IMG/VR virus record: IMGVR_UViG_3300032322_002129
Length of the DNA stretch: 64,000 bases
Source: an uncultured virus (IMG/VR IMGVR_UViG_3300032322_002129)
Lineage: Duplodnaviria; Heunggongvirae; Uroviricota; Caudoviricetes
Reading direction: 5' to 3' (one strand)
The notes beneath the pieces were generated by a model. It ran no database searches. It saw only the letters and a program-made list of their open reading frames with translations, and was not told the origin of the DNA. Shown one piece after another: positions 26,720-37,620 of this stretch. The number at the start of each line of letters is the position of its first letter. The stretch's first letter is position 1. Position numbers and translations under genes: made by a program.

Positions 26720-27904
26720 TTATTCCTTAATAACACTGTGAAACACTGCTTCAAATTGTGCGGCTACGGTATCCCAGAGATACGAGGTTTGAGTAACCAA
26801 CGCATATCCAGATTCAGCAATATACTCACGATACAGCGAATCAGTATACATTTTTTCTAAACCATCAATATAACTTTGCATACTTGCTTGCGCGTGAATG
26901 GTATTTAGTCCATTGGTAGTAACGTATGGAATATCTGAAGGTTCGATATAATGCACTCCCCCGCGAGCCCATTCAGACAGTGCAGCAGTATTTACCACCA
27001 TATTGGCTGTTCGTGTAGCCATACTTTCCATTGTACACAAACCCCAGCCTTCACCACCACTGGTTGATACTCGCACATCAGCAGCATTGTAGACTGCATT
27101 TAGCACACTTGTACTAACTCCATGTGCAGGATCAAGATTCTTTACCGTATAGATCATACGATCGGTAATACCAAAAAACTCTGCAAGCTGGGCAATGTCA
27201 TATCCCACGTCAAGCAAAGCTCCATGATACCAGAGCTTTACATTCTTTGGCTTATTGTTTGACCAAAGAGCAAACCCATACATTGCGAGATCGATTCGTT
27301 TGCGTTGTGAGTTACGATCTACTACTTGTACAATGAAATCTTCTGGATCTACGTTGTCGGTAAGTGATCTGTTTTTAATCTCAGCCCGCACAGCTTTCTT
27401 ATCCATTGGGAAAAACTCTTGCAAATCAATTCCATGAGGAATAACCGCAAGATTTTTACTATATCCAGACTGCTGGAGTACTGATCCACCAAAATAGGTA
27501 TAAACTACTCCTTGAGTAAATGCATGGAGTGGTTCAACAAATGTTGATTTTACATTTACTGCATCAACTGGAGTATAGAACACATGTTTTGTTGGATAGG
27601 CTTTTGGTATTTCTTTTGCATACTGAGATAAAATCCAAGGATCATTGAGATAAAATACTACATCAGGTTTAATTTTTGTAGTAAGCTCTGGAATGCGGCT
27701 TAGCCCATATACATCATTAAAATCACGTAGCCTGGGATTAAATAGTTTTGCTACTTGTGAAATTGGATGATAATCTCCATCGTAGTTTACTCCAAGAATA
27801 TATAAATCCCAGTTATTAGCCCAACGATATGCAAGACTGTGGAGTACTTTTGCAAAGCCCGTATCAGCTGCTGCATCACCAACAAGAAGTAGTTTCTTTT
27901 TCAT
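26720..27904 (-). CDS. GT-B (GT4-like) glycosyltransferase
   Basis: TGFAKV, IPHGID, RNSQRKRID, YNAADV, GEGWGL..MESMA. Confidence 0.9.
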   Translation of the reverse strand: MKKKLLLVGDAAADTGFAKVLHSLAYRWANNWDLYILGVNYDGDYHPISQVAKLFNPRLRDFNDVYGLSRIPELTTKIKPDVVFYLNDPWILSQYAKEIPKAYPTKHVFYTPVDAVNVKSTFVEPLHAFTQGVVYTYFGGSVLQQSGYSKNLAVIPHGIDLQEFFPMDKKAVRAEIKNRSLTDNVDPEDFIVQVVDRNSQRKRIDLAMYGFALWSNNKPKNVKLWYHGALLDVGYDIAQLAEFFGITDRMIYTVKNLDPAHGVSTSVLNAVYNAADVRVSTSGGEGWGLCTMESMATRTANMVVNTAALSEWARGGVHYIEPSDIPYVTTNGLNTIHAQASMQSYIDGLEKMYTDSLYREYIAESGYALVTQTSYLWDTVAAQFEAVFHSVIKE

Positions 27905-27922
27905 AAAATATCCTTGTATAGA

Positions 27923-27956
27923 GTGGTATTATATGTGCGCGCACATATAATACCAC
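27923..27956. repeat. Perfect 34-bp palindrome centred on TGCGCGCA
   Basis: GTGGTATTATATGTGCG|CGCACATATAATACCAC. Confidence 0.9.
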
Positions 27957-27969
27957 ACATCCATCCTAA

Positions 27970-28611
27970 TTACAACTCACGAGAAACCAACACTGTATCA
28001 GTAATCTCTGAGAGATAAATATCATGCAAGCCTGGAATATATCCAATAGGATACTCCAGACGAACAGGAGAAGCTAGTTTCTTTCGGAAATAATCATCAA
28101 GAGCCTTAATATCAGCATCTAACAAGCGCTGAAGTGATCGCTCTTTACTAAGATTGGTAAAGCGAATATCTTCAGTTGACCAAGATACTAATTCCTCTGA
28201 TGAACTAGAAACTCTTGCTTTACGCAGCAAGTAAGTTGCCGCAAGAACAATAGGTGTTTCATCATCGGACAGCAATACTGGTTGTGGTACTGAAAAATCA
28301 AGATAAGGATTACGAAACACATCACCAGATGTTAAACCTGAAGGAATATAAGCTTGACCATCAACGGTGTTTGCTAACACATATCCAGCAGGTACATTTG
28401 GTGGTTGTGGTGAAACAACAATTGCAGTTTCAAACACTTGGTATTTTGATGACCATTTCTTTTGAAGATAACGAATAGCATTAACTAATGCTGTGCGTAC
28501 TGTAGTATCGGTGAAGATTGATCCATCAAGATCACCAAAGTTTAAACGAATCTGCGATAGTAAATACTCAATGTTAATTGGAGTACTATAATACGTAACA
28601 GAAGTTGGCAT
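27970..28611 (-). CDS. Putative head-tail adaptor
   Basis: IRL.FGD....FTD..V...L..A pattern of gp6-like adaptors. Confidence 0.5.
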   Translation of the reverse strand: MPTSVTYYSTPINIEYLLSQIRLNFGDLDGSIFTDTTVRTALVNAIRYLQKKWSSKYQVFETAIVVSPQPPNVPAGYVLANTVDGQAYIPSGLTSGDVFRNPYLDFSVPQPVLLSDDETPIVLAATYLLRKARVSSSSEELVSWSTEDIRFTNLSKERSLQRLLDADIKALDDYFRKKLASPVRLEYPIGYIPGLHDIYLSEITDTVLVSREL

Positions 28612-28760
28612 TATGCCTCCTCTGATTTTGTAAGTTTTTCTAACTCATTTGCAGCAGTAAGTAATGCAGTAATTTGTGTTTCTGCTTGTCGTTTTACTTC
28701 TTCTGCTTGTTGTTTTAATTCTTGCACGCGCTTTAGAATAGTTTCCTGTGGTACGTTCAT
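28611..28760 (-). CDS. 49-aa coiled-coil protein
   Basis: MNVPQETILKRVQELKQQAEEVK...; GGAG RBS; stop overlaps the next ATG. Confidence 0.6.
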   Translation of the reverse strand: MNVPQETILKRVQELKQQAEEVKRQAETQITALLTAANELEKLTKSEEA

Positions 28761-28814
28761 TTATTATACTCCATGAGCTGACAGCATAATTTAACTACTC
28801 GTTACATGATACAA

Positions 28815-29074
28815 CTACACACCACTCCCCCCTCCTGCGGCACTCATCTGCGCTTGGTAATCTGCAATTACCTCCGGTGTGTGGATAACATTACACACAG
28901 CCCTTACTTTTTCTGCCTCTTTGCTATAATCTTGGCCTGGAGCAATGGTGTGGCGGTGATAGAATCTGCTTAGCTCTTTACCATCTTCGACGATTTTGGT
29001 GGCTGTCCTGACCTGTACAATACCGCTTTCCACAACTTCAATCTGATCAACCATCGTTAGTTTTTCGAGTGACA
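28815..29074 (-). CDS. Tail-fibre-associated small protein (start MSLEK)
   Basis: VDQIEV.E.G.VQVRTAT...YHRH; AGGAG RBS. Confidence 0.7.
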
Positions 29075-29094
29075 TACTGAACTCCTGTGATGTA

Positions 29095-29835
29095 TTAAAC
29101 GAAGTAAGACATTGAAAACATAATAGCAGAGTTGTTAGCAAAATCTGCATTTGTCAACCCTGTAACTACTCCAGCGTTAGTTGTTTCGCTTAAAATAATG
29201 TTTGCACTGTTAATAGAACCGTATGCCTGCGGAAAATCCGCAAATGTGATGTTTTGAAGAAATCCTATCGATCCTGAAGGATATGCTGTAGTCAAGTTTA
29301 GCACTACAAATGGTAGTCCTGTTATTACAGCATTTCCAGTAGAAGTTCCTTTGTTTGAAAGAATTAAATAACCAGACGCCGTGACGTGTCTGCCGATTTT
29401 TGTATATGTTCCCGTATTGAGCGAGTAAGTTACCCCGACACTCGCCCCACCAAACGTAATACCAATCGTCCAGGTACCCTCCTCATAATCATTAAGTATT
29501 TCTGATGTCATCCCGGCCGCTTCTGACGTAGCAGCAAAGCTGAGACCAATACCGCTTGGAAAAACAATATTTTGATTGAATGTATTTATACCAGTAAATG
29601 TCTGATTTGCGTTCAGCCTAGCTGCTGTTCCTGTACCATCAACAGTTAGTGTATAGTTTCCTGTTGCGGGGGAAGTGGTAATTTTTATACCCCCGCCCCC
29701 GCCTTTTACCGTTGCAATATCACCATTTGTATCTGCATAGAGATTAATAAAGTTAGTTGCTACACCAGTGGGTGCGTTGATTTGATCTGCGAGTCGAATA
29801 CTCGTAATATTCGCTGCATTAATATTTACGGTCAT
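29095..29835 (-). CDS. Tail fibre / receptor-binding protein
   Basis: LNDYEEGTWT...GTYTKIGR.V...I.GLPF head-domain motif. Confidence 0.75.
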   Translation of the reverse strand: MTVNINAANITSIRLADQINAPTGVATNFINLYADTNGDIATVKGGGGGIKITTSPATGNYTLTVDGTGTAARLNANQTFTGINTFNQNIVFPSGIGLSFAATSEAAGMTSEILNDYEEGTWTIGITFGGASVGVTYSLNTGTYTKIGRHVTASGYLILSNKGTSTGNAVITGLPFVVLNLTTAYPSGSIGFLQNITFADFPQAYGSINSANIILSETTNAGVVTGLTNADFANNSAIMFSMSYFV

Positions 29836-29846
29836 GTAATTTTCTC

Positions 29847-32800
29847 CTACGGTGTTGGGCCGATGAGCCCGTGGGTGGTTAGATCGTCGATAAGTGCTTT
29901 GACACGCTCAGCCAATTGCGAGAGTGTCACCGTACCGGTAGCAAACGCAGTGCGCGTAGCGGTACCTGAAGGAGCGCCCCAACCAGTTCTGCGCGCCTTG
30001 ACTACATTAATTCCATTTACCATATAAGAACTATTAGTTGGTATATCTACATCACCCCCAAGTAACTCAAGACCTACACCACCAACATGTACCAGCGCGT
30101 AACCATCTGCGCCTATAAATGTAGATTGGCCAAAATCAGGTATTAATATAATACCATCTGTATCACTAAATCTTGCATATGTACTACCAGCATCCAACCT
30201 AATTTCTGACTTAGTACCAGTATTACCAGTTTGTATATTTAAAACAGATCTAACTGTTGGTGGTGGTTCTGTTACATCGTCTAAGTATGAGTTTATATAA
30301 CCTATAACATTTGCAACTGAATTATCATTTGTTGAATTAAATACAATTGTTTGTAATCCGGTTTGATCAGCTCCTATAAGATGTAACCCATCAATACCTA
30401 ACCTCACTGCACCAGCCCCGGCAAATAATTCTCCACCAGTAATAATGGCATTTGTTGCTATCATAGTACCATCAGACTCAACTTTAAATGTAGCTAAATT
30501 TGGATTTGCATTTCCAGCATAAATCCTCCATGTATTTTCTCTTAATAAATTAGTACCATCAGATAAATCATTTGCACCATCAGTTAGATTGCCGTCAAGC
30601 CCATTAAGTACAGCAACCTCATCACCACTTCCAGCTGTAATTGTGGTTGCCGATGAAATTTCATTTCCAGTAATTGTACCAGCAGCAATTTGCGTAGCAG
30701 TAATGGTGCCTGTATTAATCATATCCCCAGAAATAGCGGTTATACCTGCAACTACTCGGATACTTGCTAATGCAGCTCCAGAATTAACAATAGCAATAAG
30801 CACGTCGTTAGCTCCAGTGAGTGGAGTGGTTTGTACGCTGAGTACTGTGCTAGTAGTTGTCCAGTACAAATATCGCTGTCCAGTAAAACCAGTAGCTGTA
30901 CCGTTGGTAATACTTACGGAGCTACCATCACCTCTGTAAATTATTACCCCTGTCCAGATAATTGCTCCTGGGCCAGTTGGAGTCCATGTACCAGCAACAC
31001 CAGTAATTCTCCGAGTATTTGCATATGTATTTGCATCAGCTTCAGCAGTATCTACATAACTGGTAGTTGCTGCATTACCACCAGTAACTGTGATGTTTCC
31101 AGTAATTGTAGCATTCGTAGCTACCAGTGCTCCAGATTGGCTTACTCGGAAAGGAGCACTGGCTGGAGTAGCATTACCTGCATAGATTCTCCACGTAACA
31201 TCAGCACCATTTAGTACTCCGACATTATTTCCAGTACCGGCAGTAATAGTAGTAGCAGAAGAGATTTTATCACCAGTGATAGTATTTCCTTCAATCTGTA
31301 ATGCAGTAATACTACCAGTAGTAATCTTACCCCCACTAATAGTAGTAACGTTAGCATTAACATCGGCAGCAGCTCCACCAGTGGTAATTTTAGTGCTTGG
31401 ATCATAACTTGCCGCAAACGTAACATCACCATCTATTGTAATTCTATTTCCAGCAATACGAATACCCTCTGTTGATGCGTTAATAGAAGCTACGACGTTA
31501 CCAGTTTGCACTGGGGTGAAGTTAAGATTTGTTACAGTAATCGTATTTACAGCTATTTCATCACCAGTAATGCTTCTTGCAGATATTTGTGCAGCAGTAA
31601 TTGTTTTTGCTGCAATGTTAATAGCTTTAATTGCTTCTGCTTCAATATCATCTGACTGCACTAACCTGCGTGGATAAAACTCTGCTATGGTGTAATTGCT
31701 TGTCGTGTTTCTATGGTATAGCCGCACAAAGCGAGCTTCCACAATAACTGGTAAATCCCAGCGTGTGGTTAAACTTGCTGAGCTAGCGCTAATCGCATTA
31801 CTTGCTGCTGAGGATTGATCTGGTTGCTCGGTAAGGGTTGCCCCAGCAGCGCTTACATTTACTAGATCTCTAGCAAACCACCTCCAATTACTACCATCAA
31901 TAGATGTAGCAAAATAAAATTGTGTATTTGTTGGATTAAATAATCCAGCAGTAATGGTGCGATAGCGCTCTAGAAGAGCCCTACTCATTTGAGTCCAGCG
32001 ATATGTTGAACCTACTGTATACGCTACTTCAGGAGATGTAAGATTGTTATCTGCTAGTACTTGTTTTAGTTGTTGATCTGGTGTTGGTGGTGTAAGGCTA
32101 TCGGTGTATTTTGCTTCAGCGCGCAACTCTTCAAGTGTTAGTGCATCCGCAATTGCAATATTGCTTGATGTTTCAGCAGACGTTCTACCAAACACATCAA
32201 CTTCAGCAACATGTACTTGATATGATCCATCAGTAATAATTGCAACAGAATAAATACTTTGAGGAATAAGTGCATTGTAATTACTACCTGTCTCATACCC
32301 TAATTGCTGTGCTGGAGAGCTGCTATCAAGAAGAATATTTGAACTATCTGTTAAAACAGTAAGTGCTGATGGATCAGTTGTTGTAGTACCACCAATAGTT
32401 ACTCGATATTGATAAAACTCAGTAAATACAGTACGTGCATGTGCAACTGTTGCAGTTAGCACATCAAAATACACTTGCAGTGTAACTGCATCTGGTTGTG
32501 TAGGTGCTGGAGCAGTAGCACTAGCAGTAGCAGCTGATGTAGATATTTGTCCTAGCGCATCAATTGCCCATAACTCAATATCTAATGTTGCATCCGCTGT
32601 ACCATTGTGTTCGATCCTGTTTTGTGCTAGCGTATAAACATACCTATTTGTGTATCCTATCTCTCTAGAAAGATTATCTACCTCCATCCTGTAACCGACT
32701 ACACTTGTTGAGACAGTCCAATTGACAACCAAGTCTGGTGCAGTAAAGTTTAACGTTAAATTTTCTGGTTGTGCAGGAGGGCTTAACGTAGCAGTTCCAG

Positions 32801-34085
32801 TTACCGCAGTGGGTGATACTCTGCCCAAACCATTCACACCTACAATACTCCATGACAGTGTAGGATCAGCAGTGCTGTTATGCTCTGCACGATTTTGATC
32901 AATAGTATAGGTATATGATGTACCAGTAACAGTGCGGGCTACATTATCAATCGTTAAACGATAGCTAGTAGTATTTGCTAATGCATCCCATTTCCATGTG
33001 CACTCACCAGTTGCACCATTCCAAGTAGCACTCACATTTTGTACTGTTCCAGGATCATTCAGTGTAGCAGTACTTGATGTAACGGTACTAGATACTTGAC
33101 CGAAAGCATCAACACCAACGATATTCCATGATAATACATTATCTGCTGTACCGTTGTGCTCTGATGTGTTCTGCTGAGCACTGTAGGTATAGGTAGTACT
33201 GTAAACATCTCTGGCAATGTCATCAATAGTGAGTCTGTAGTAACTTGCCCGCTCAGCAGCACCCCAGCGCCATGTTGCACTACCTGTGACAAAATCAAAT
33301 GTAGGAGATCCAGCCACCAACGTAACATTCGCAGGTACGCTAAGAGCTGTAGTTAGATTGACAGGAGTGCTATAAACGGTACCACTTGAAGCCCAACTAC
33401 GTGCTTCAAGGATAACGTAGATTGATGGATCACCTCCCGTAGAATCACTTATATTTTGTGCGCGAGTATAGATATACGATTGACCACTTACAAACACTGT
33501 TCTGTAAAGTGTAGTTTGTGCGGAACTGTTAAATATACGTAGCCGCACATCACGAAAGTTTACATCAGTAGGATTAGTCCAGGTAATAGTAAGATCTCCA
33601 GTAAGACTATCCCATGTACCAGCGGGTGAACTTACTGGAGCAGTTGCAACTGCGTCATCTTCGCTTTCTATTTGTACAGTATCAGTCCATTGGCTAACGA
33701 CGTTTCTATGCACAGCCCGCACACGAAAACGATAAAACGTCTTTAGTCCAACAGAGATAGTAGCAGCAACATTATACGATACTACTCGTTGTGGATCAGA
33801 AAATGTTTTTGTGGTATTATTCCACTCGCTACTTCTACCATACTCAATCTCGTAGTAGGTTGGAACAATACCTACTGGTGCTCTCCATGTAAGATTGATG
33901 TACGCTTCAGGTTTTACTGGAGATCGTGCAATACCACCATTTGCTGCTTGTAGGTTTGTTGGCTTTGCAATATTTCCAGAAGGTGGAGGAACAACCGTTA
34001 CAGACTGACTGCGTAATGATCCACCCCCAGTTACTTCTGGTTGCACGTCAATGATACGTAGTGTATCTTTTTTCGATCTTGGCAT
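29847..34085 (-). CDS. Central tail fibre / host-specificity protein with FN3 repeats
   Basis: 1412 aa Thr/Gly-rich, repeated FN3-like domains, ITA..I repeats. Confidence 0.85.
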   Translation of the reverse strand: MPRSKKDTLRIIDVQPEVTGGGSLRSQSVTVVPPPSGNIAKPTNLQAANGGIARSPVKPEAYINLTWRAPVGIVPTYYEIEYGRSSEWNNTTKTFSDPQRVVSYNVAATISVGLKTFYRFRVRAVHRNVVSQWTDTVQIESEDDAVATAPVSSPAGTWDSLTGDLTITWTNPTDVNFRDVRLRIFNSSAQTTLYRTVFVSGQSYIYTRAQNISDSTGGDPSIYVILEARSWASSGTVYSTPVNLTTALSVPANVTLVAGSPTFDFVTGSATWRWGAAERASYYRLTIDDIARDVYSTTYTYSAQQNTSEHNGTADNVLSWNIVGVDAFGQVSSTVTSSTATLNDPGTVQNVSATWNGATGECTWKWDALANTTSYRLTIDNVARTVTGTSYTYTIDQNRAEHNSTADPTLSWSIVGVNGLGRVSPTAVTGTATLSPPAQPENLTLNFTAPDLVVNWTVSTSVVGYRMEVDNLSREIGYTNRYVYTLAQNRIEHNGTADATLDIELWAIDALGQISTSAATASATAPAPTQPDAVTLQVYFDVLTATVAHARTVFTEFYQYRVTIGGTTTTDPSALTVLTDSSNILLDSSSPAQQLGYETGSNYNALIPQSIYSVAIITDGSYQVHVAEVDVFGRTSAETSSNIAIADALTLEELRAEAKYTDSLTPPTPDQQLKQVLADNNLTSPEVAYTVGSTYRWTQMSRALLERYRTITAGLFNPTNTQFYFATSIDGSNWRWFARDLVNVSAAGATLTEQPDQSSAASNAISASSASLTTRWDLPVIVEARFVRLYHRNTTSNYTIAEFYPRRLVQSDDIEAEAIKAINIAAKTITAAQISARSITGDEIAVNTITVTNLNFTPVQTGNVVASINASTEGIRIAGNRITIDGDVTFAASYDPSTKITTGGAAADVNANVTTISGGKITTGSITALQIEGNTITGDKISSATTITAGTGNNVGVLNGADVTWRIYAGNATPASAPFRVSQSGALVATNATITGNITVTGGNAATTSYVDTAEADANTYANTRRITGVAGTWTPTGPGAIIWTGVIIYRGDGSSVSITNGTATGFTGQRYLYWTTTSTVLSVQTTPLTGANDVLIAIVNSGAALASIRVVAGITAISGDMINTGTITATQIAAGTITGNEISSATTITAGSGDEVAVLNGLDGNLTDGANDLSDGTNLLRENTWRIYAGNANPNLATFKVESDGTMIATNAIITGGELFAGAGAVRLGIDGLHLIGADQTGLQTIVFNSTNDNSVANVIGYINSYLDDVTEPPPTVRSVLNIQTGNTGTKSEIRLDAGSTYARFSDTDGIILIPDFGQSTFIGADGYALVHVGGVGLELLGGDVDIPTNSSYMVNGINVVKARRTGWGAPSGTATRTAFATGTVTLSQLAERVKALIDDLTTHGLIGPTP

Positions 34086-34111
34086 TGTGTTTTTACCCTT
34101 GCGCGCAACTA

Positions 34112-35608
34112 TTAAACATCACTTAAAAACTCAGCAGCATACACTACATCACCATAGAGAAAATATTCTACTCCAGGAAATAATCCTTCAAATTGATTAA
34201 GAGAAAATACTTTTGTTTCAAGATCATTACTTGTTAGCGTATGCTCGTAGTCGTATGTGATGTCGATGTCTACTTCATCACCACTGATTGGTTTATATGA
34301 TGTTGTACCATATCCTAGTTTTATATTTCTTCCCCGCACCCAAAGAACATTACCAACACGTACTTTACGATGTTGATACTCTTCTTCAAAGAAATCTAAT
34401 TGAAAATCATCAACTGCAAACGATGAACGAAATATTTCTGCCTTATTCCATACATTAGTATTTGTATTAATAAGCGTTTCAGCATTATTTGCAATAGTGA
34501 TGTATGTGTTTAATGCAGGAATAATAGTACTGTATAATTGATTTGACAGTGATGTAAACGTTGTTACTGGTGTTATTACAGCTTCAGTAGCTTTGTAAAC
34601 TTCTACACCACTAAGAATAATACGATCTGCTCGTGTTGATGTACCAGCATCAAAATCTTGATCAATGCGTACAAATAAATCTGCGTTTGCAGCTGGGGGA
34701 TTACCAGTTTCAGGATTAACAAAGGTACTTAATGGTAACTCAATAACTCCATTTGTAGGATATGATGTATTTTGTGTTATTGTGTATGATTGTGTATATC
34801 CATTTAATTGGATACGTAATCTTGTACTTGAGTGATAGCAAAAATAGGTAATGTAAATCCTAAGATGTGTTGCAGTACCAGTGTTAATTTTTGTATAGTA
34901 TAATTCTAGTGTTGCTGGGCCGTCGTTATCTGCATAGCGCCCACACATAGCCATTTTATAACACGGTTGAGGATTCATTGGTACTATGGACATCCTATCA
35001 ACCAACCAGTCTAATTTATTTGAAAGATCATTAAGTTTTGATGTATTTAACGTAACTGATGTAGATGGGCCAGGAGTAGCAAATGTGGTAAGTGTGGGAT
35101 TGACAATTGGTAAACTTACCGTATTTAACGGAAATACATATGCGTCAAACACAGTAATAATACCAGTAAGGTCATTTGGATCAGCAGTATTGGCAGGATC
35201 ATAAGAAACCTTAATAAGTACTGTTACAATTTCTTGATCAGCAAATCCGTATGTATCAATTGGTAGTGTAATTCCAAAAGTTCCTGTAATATCCGCACGT
35301 TGACTATGACGCACAGTGTCATTTAGCAATATTTGTAAATTATTACCAGATCCCATATTTCCGGCTGTAAGAATATTTATAACAAAATACGCATCTTCTA
35401 TCCCTGTGCGATACTGAAATGCTCCACGAAAAATCCATGTTTCAGTAACCCATGGCCCTGAAATCCTTGCAAACGGTACTACGCCAGGATACCTCCTGCT
35501 CATAGACTCGACAGCTGTAGCATCTGTTGCTAGTGTGTTAAGATCTTTGGCAGAAAGTGTGGTACCTGTGTAAAACGTAGGACTATCAATGTATGCTTGA
35601 ATTGCCAT
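34112..35608 (-). CDS. Minor tail protein
   Basis: Position and beta-rich composition. Confidence 0.65.
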   Translation of the reverse strand: MAIQAYIDSPTFYTGTTLSAKDLNTLATDATAVESMSRRYPGVVPFARISGPWVTETWIFRGAFQYRTGIEDAYFVINILTAGNMGSGNNLQILLNDTVRHSQRADITGTFGITLPIDTYGFADQEIVTVLIKVSYDPANTADPNDLTGIITVFDAYVFPLNTVSLPIVNPTLTTFATPGPSTSVTLNTSKLNDLSNKLDWLVDRMSIVPMNPQPCYKMAMCGRYADNDGPATLELYYTKINTGTATHLRIYITYFCYHSSTRLRIQLNGYTQSYTITQNTSYPTNGVIELPLSTFVNPETGNPPAANADLFVRIDQDFDAGTSTRADRIILSGVEVYKATEAVITPVTTFTSLSNQLYSTIIPALNTYITIANNAETLINTNTNVWNKAEIFRSSFAVDDFQLDFFEEEYQHRKVRVGNVLWVRGRNIKLGYGTTSYKPISGDEVDIDITYDYEHTLTSNDLETKVFSLNQFEGLFPGVEYFLYGDVVYAAEFLSDV

Positions 35609-37180
35609 TTAGAATGATACCTTTTTATTATCTGTGGAAACATAGCTATTTCCAACAATATACATATCATCTGTTTTTAACATACCATCAACAGTAATTA
35701 AATCAATATCCATAGACGTACCTGTTGCGTTATGGCTTATTCTGATAATACGATAGAGTGTGGTATCTTGAACAAATGTTGTTCCATTGTATGTTACATT
35801 GTCGATGTTGTTGATTTGTACTAACTCCCCCACAAATCTATCTGGATCGTAAATACAATTTGATAGGGTAATAATTCTTCGCGCACTACTAAAAAACGTA
35901 TGCACCATAGTAGCTAATTGTAGTGCATGCGATCTGCTTTGAATATATGGATTATCTTCAATTGTCTGTACTGGTGTTGTAGAACCAACTTCAACTTCAC
36001 CATCTTCATCTACTGCTAGTGGTTTACCTCGCAGTGTGATACCAGTCATCACTACAGGAAAACTACCACTATTTGTTACACTTAAAACAACTTGACCAGC
36101 ATACTGACTAGTAACAGTTACGCTTAATGTAGCAGCAGCACTAGTAATTGTTTGGAATGCTGAAACAACGCTATTGGTAATTGTCTCATACTCAAACACA
36201 GGTAATGAAGTATTGCAAGTAAATGTTTTTGTTTCAGAAGGAAGAAATAAATACGGTGTTTTATCGGAGTACACGTCTTGCAATGGCTGGATTCTACGTG
36301 TTGCAAACTTGCATGTTACCTTACCAGCAATGTTTTCAATAGAAAGTGACTTAGAGAAATTACCATAGGTACTTTCACTAAAATTGTAATAACTTGTATA
36401 TCCGGTTGTATCAGCAAATGCAAGTGGATTAATAAAACGAAGAACAGAATATCCAGCACCTCCACTAACATCTACTGATTCGTAAATCTGCCCACCTGTT
36501 GCGCGGGCAAGAAGAAACATCTCATCAACAAGGTTTTCACCAGAAACCCATAACCATTCTGGATTGATAAGACTCTGATTACAAGAATACCAGAAAGGAG
36601 GATTAGAAGCACTGTAATCAACAAACCTCTCCCAAGGTCTACCTCCAGCCTCCCAAAATATACGATTGATAATACCAGCAGCATATCCAGGAGCAGAAGG
36701 ATCTTCAATGCTTGACGCAGTAGTTAGTGTAGCAATTGGTCTATTGTAGAAGATTGTAGTATAAAACTTGATATTTCGAAAATATTCAAGCACGCCCACA
36801 ATTTCGTATACTAAATCTTCACCAGTAATGTTGTATGATGTAATTACTCCAATAAAAATTGGTTTATACGTACTTGTTTCAAATGCTTGAGAAATGCGGA
36901 TACGTCTGTTAATCCAGTAGCTATCATCATATCCATAAGTAATACTTGGATGTGCTGATTTTAATACCAATCTACGTAGTACTGTAACTGATGCAGATGG
37001 CTCTACATACGATCCAAAAGAAAGCCCATTTTGAATATTACCAGAACTAATCATACTTCCATTGATACTAAGAATATGATCATCTGGTATTTGATAAAAT
37101 GTTCCTTGGTGATCTATTTCTACACGATACTTTGGTTGATTGAAGTTTCGTGTGATTTGTGCTCTTGTTGGTAATGTCAT
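35609..37180 (-). CDS. Tail tip / baseplate hub protein
   Basis: Follows the Dit-like gene; PIF.G.I, IEDNPYIQ. Confidence 0.65.
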   Translation of the reverse strand: MTLPTRAQITRNFNQPKYRVEIDHQGTFYQIPDDHILSINGSMISSGNIQNGLSFGSYVEPSASVTVLRRLVLKSAHPSITYGYDDSYWINRRIRISQAFETSTYKPIFIGVITSYNITGEDLVYEIVGVLEYFRNIKFYTTIFYNRPIATLTTASSIEDPSAPGYAAGIINRIFWEAGGRPWERFVDYSASNPPFWYSCNQSLINPEWLWVSGENLVDEMFLLARATGGQIYESVDVSGGAGYSVLRFINPLAFADTTGYTSYYNFSESTYGNFSKSLSIENIAGKVTCKFATRRIQPLQDVYSDKTPYLFLPSETKTFTCNTSLPVFEYETITNSVVSAFQTITSAAATLSVTVTSQYAGQVVLSVTNSGSFPVVMTGITLRGKPLAVDEDGEVEVGSTTPVQTIEDNPYIQSRSHALQLATMVHTFFSSARRIITLSNCIYDPDRFVGELVQINNIDNVTYNGTTFVQDTTLYRIIRISHNATGTSMDIDLITVDGMLKTDDMYIVGNSYVSTDNKKVSF

Positions 37181-37201
37181 GATGTTTCCTTGTTATACAT
37201 A

Positions 37202-37258
37202 ACGCGCACATTATTCTACTTTTTAACAAGCTCTTTTCTAACAAAATAATGTGCGCGT
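37202..37258. repeat. Inverted repeat with 14-bp arms containing CGCGCA
   Basis: ACGCGCACATTATT ... AATAATGTGCGCGT. Confidence 0.85.
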
Positions 37259-37262
37259 CGTA

Positions 37263-37613
37263 CTAAACCTGATCTAACCTCAATGTAACATCATAATAGA
37301 AAAACCCATCTCTACGCATCTTATCAGCAGCTAATGCTACTTCAAAGCCACCAGGAGGAACAAGTACGGTATAGTTAGTGTTGGTTTCATCAGTAAATGT
37401 AAAACTACTGGTAAGCTCTCCAATAGCTCTAATTGCAGATAAATCAGTTTCTGGTAAACTAGCCCACACAAGCTCCCAGTTACGTTTATTTGCGCGGTGA
37501 TAGTAATATAATGTACCATTCGCCGCACGCTTGAGATCACCAATTTTATCCAATGAAGATGTAATAGCAGTTGGATAAAAGTTGGTGCTATTTAATACAA
37601 TATAATTATTCAT
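37263..37613 (-). CDS. Distal tail (Dit-like) protein
   Basis: R.ANGTL....RA.KR.W.L.W..L; immediately after the tape measure. Confidence 0.65.
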   Translation of the reverse strand: MNNYIVLNSTNFYPTAITSSLDKIGDLKRAANGTLYYYHRANKRNWELVWASLPETDLSAIRAIGELTSSFTFTDETNTNYTVLVPPGGFEVALAADKMRRDGFFYYDVTLRLDQV

Positions 37614-37620
37614 AATTTAT

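Noticed and set aside
29095..34085. Diversity-generating retroelement acting on tail fibres
   Set aside because: No reverse transcriptase and no template/variable repeat pair seen
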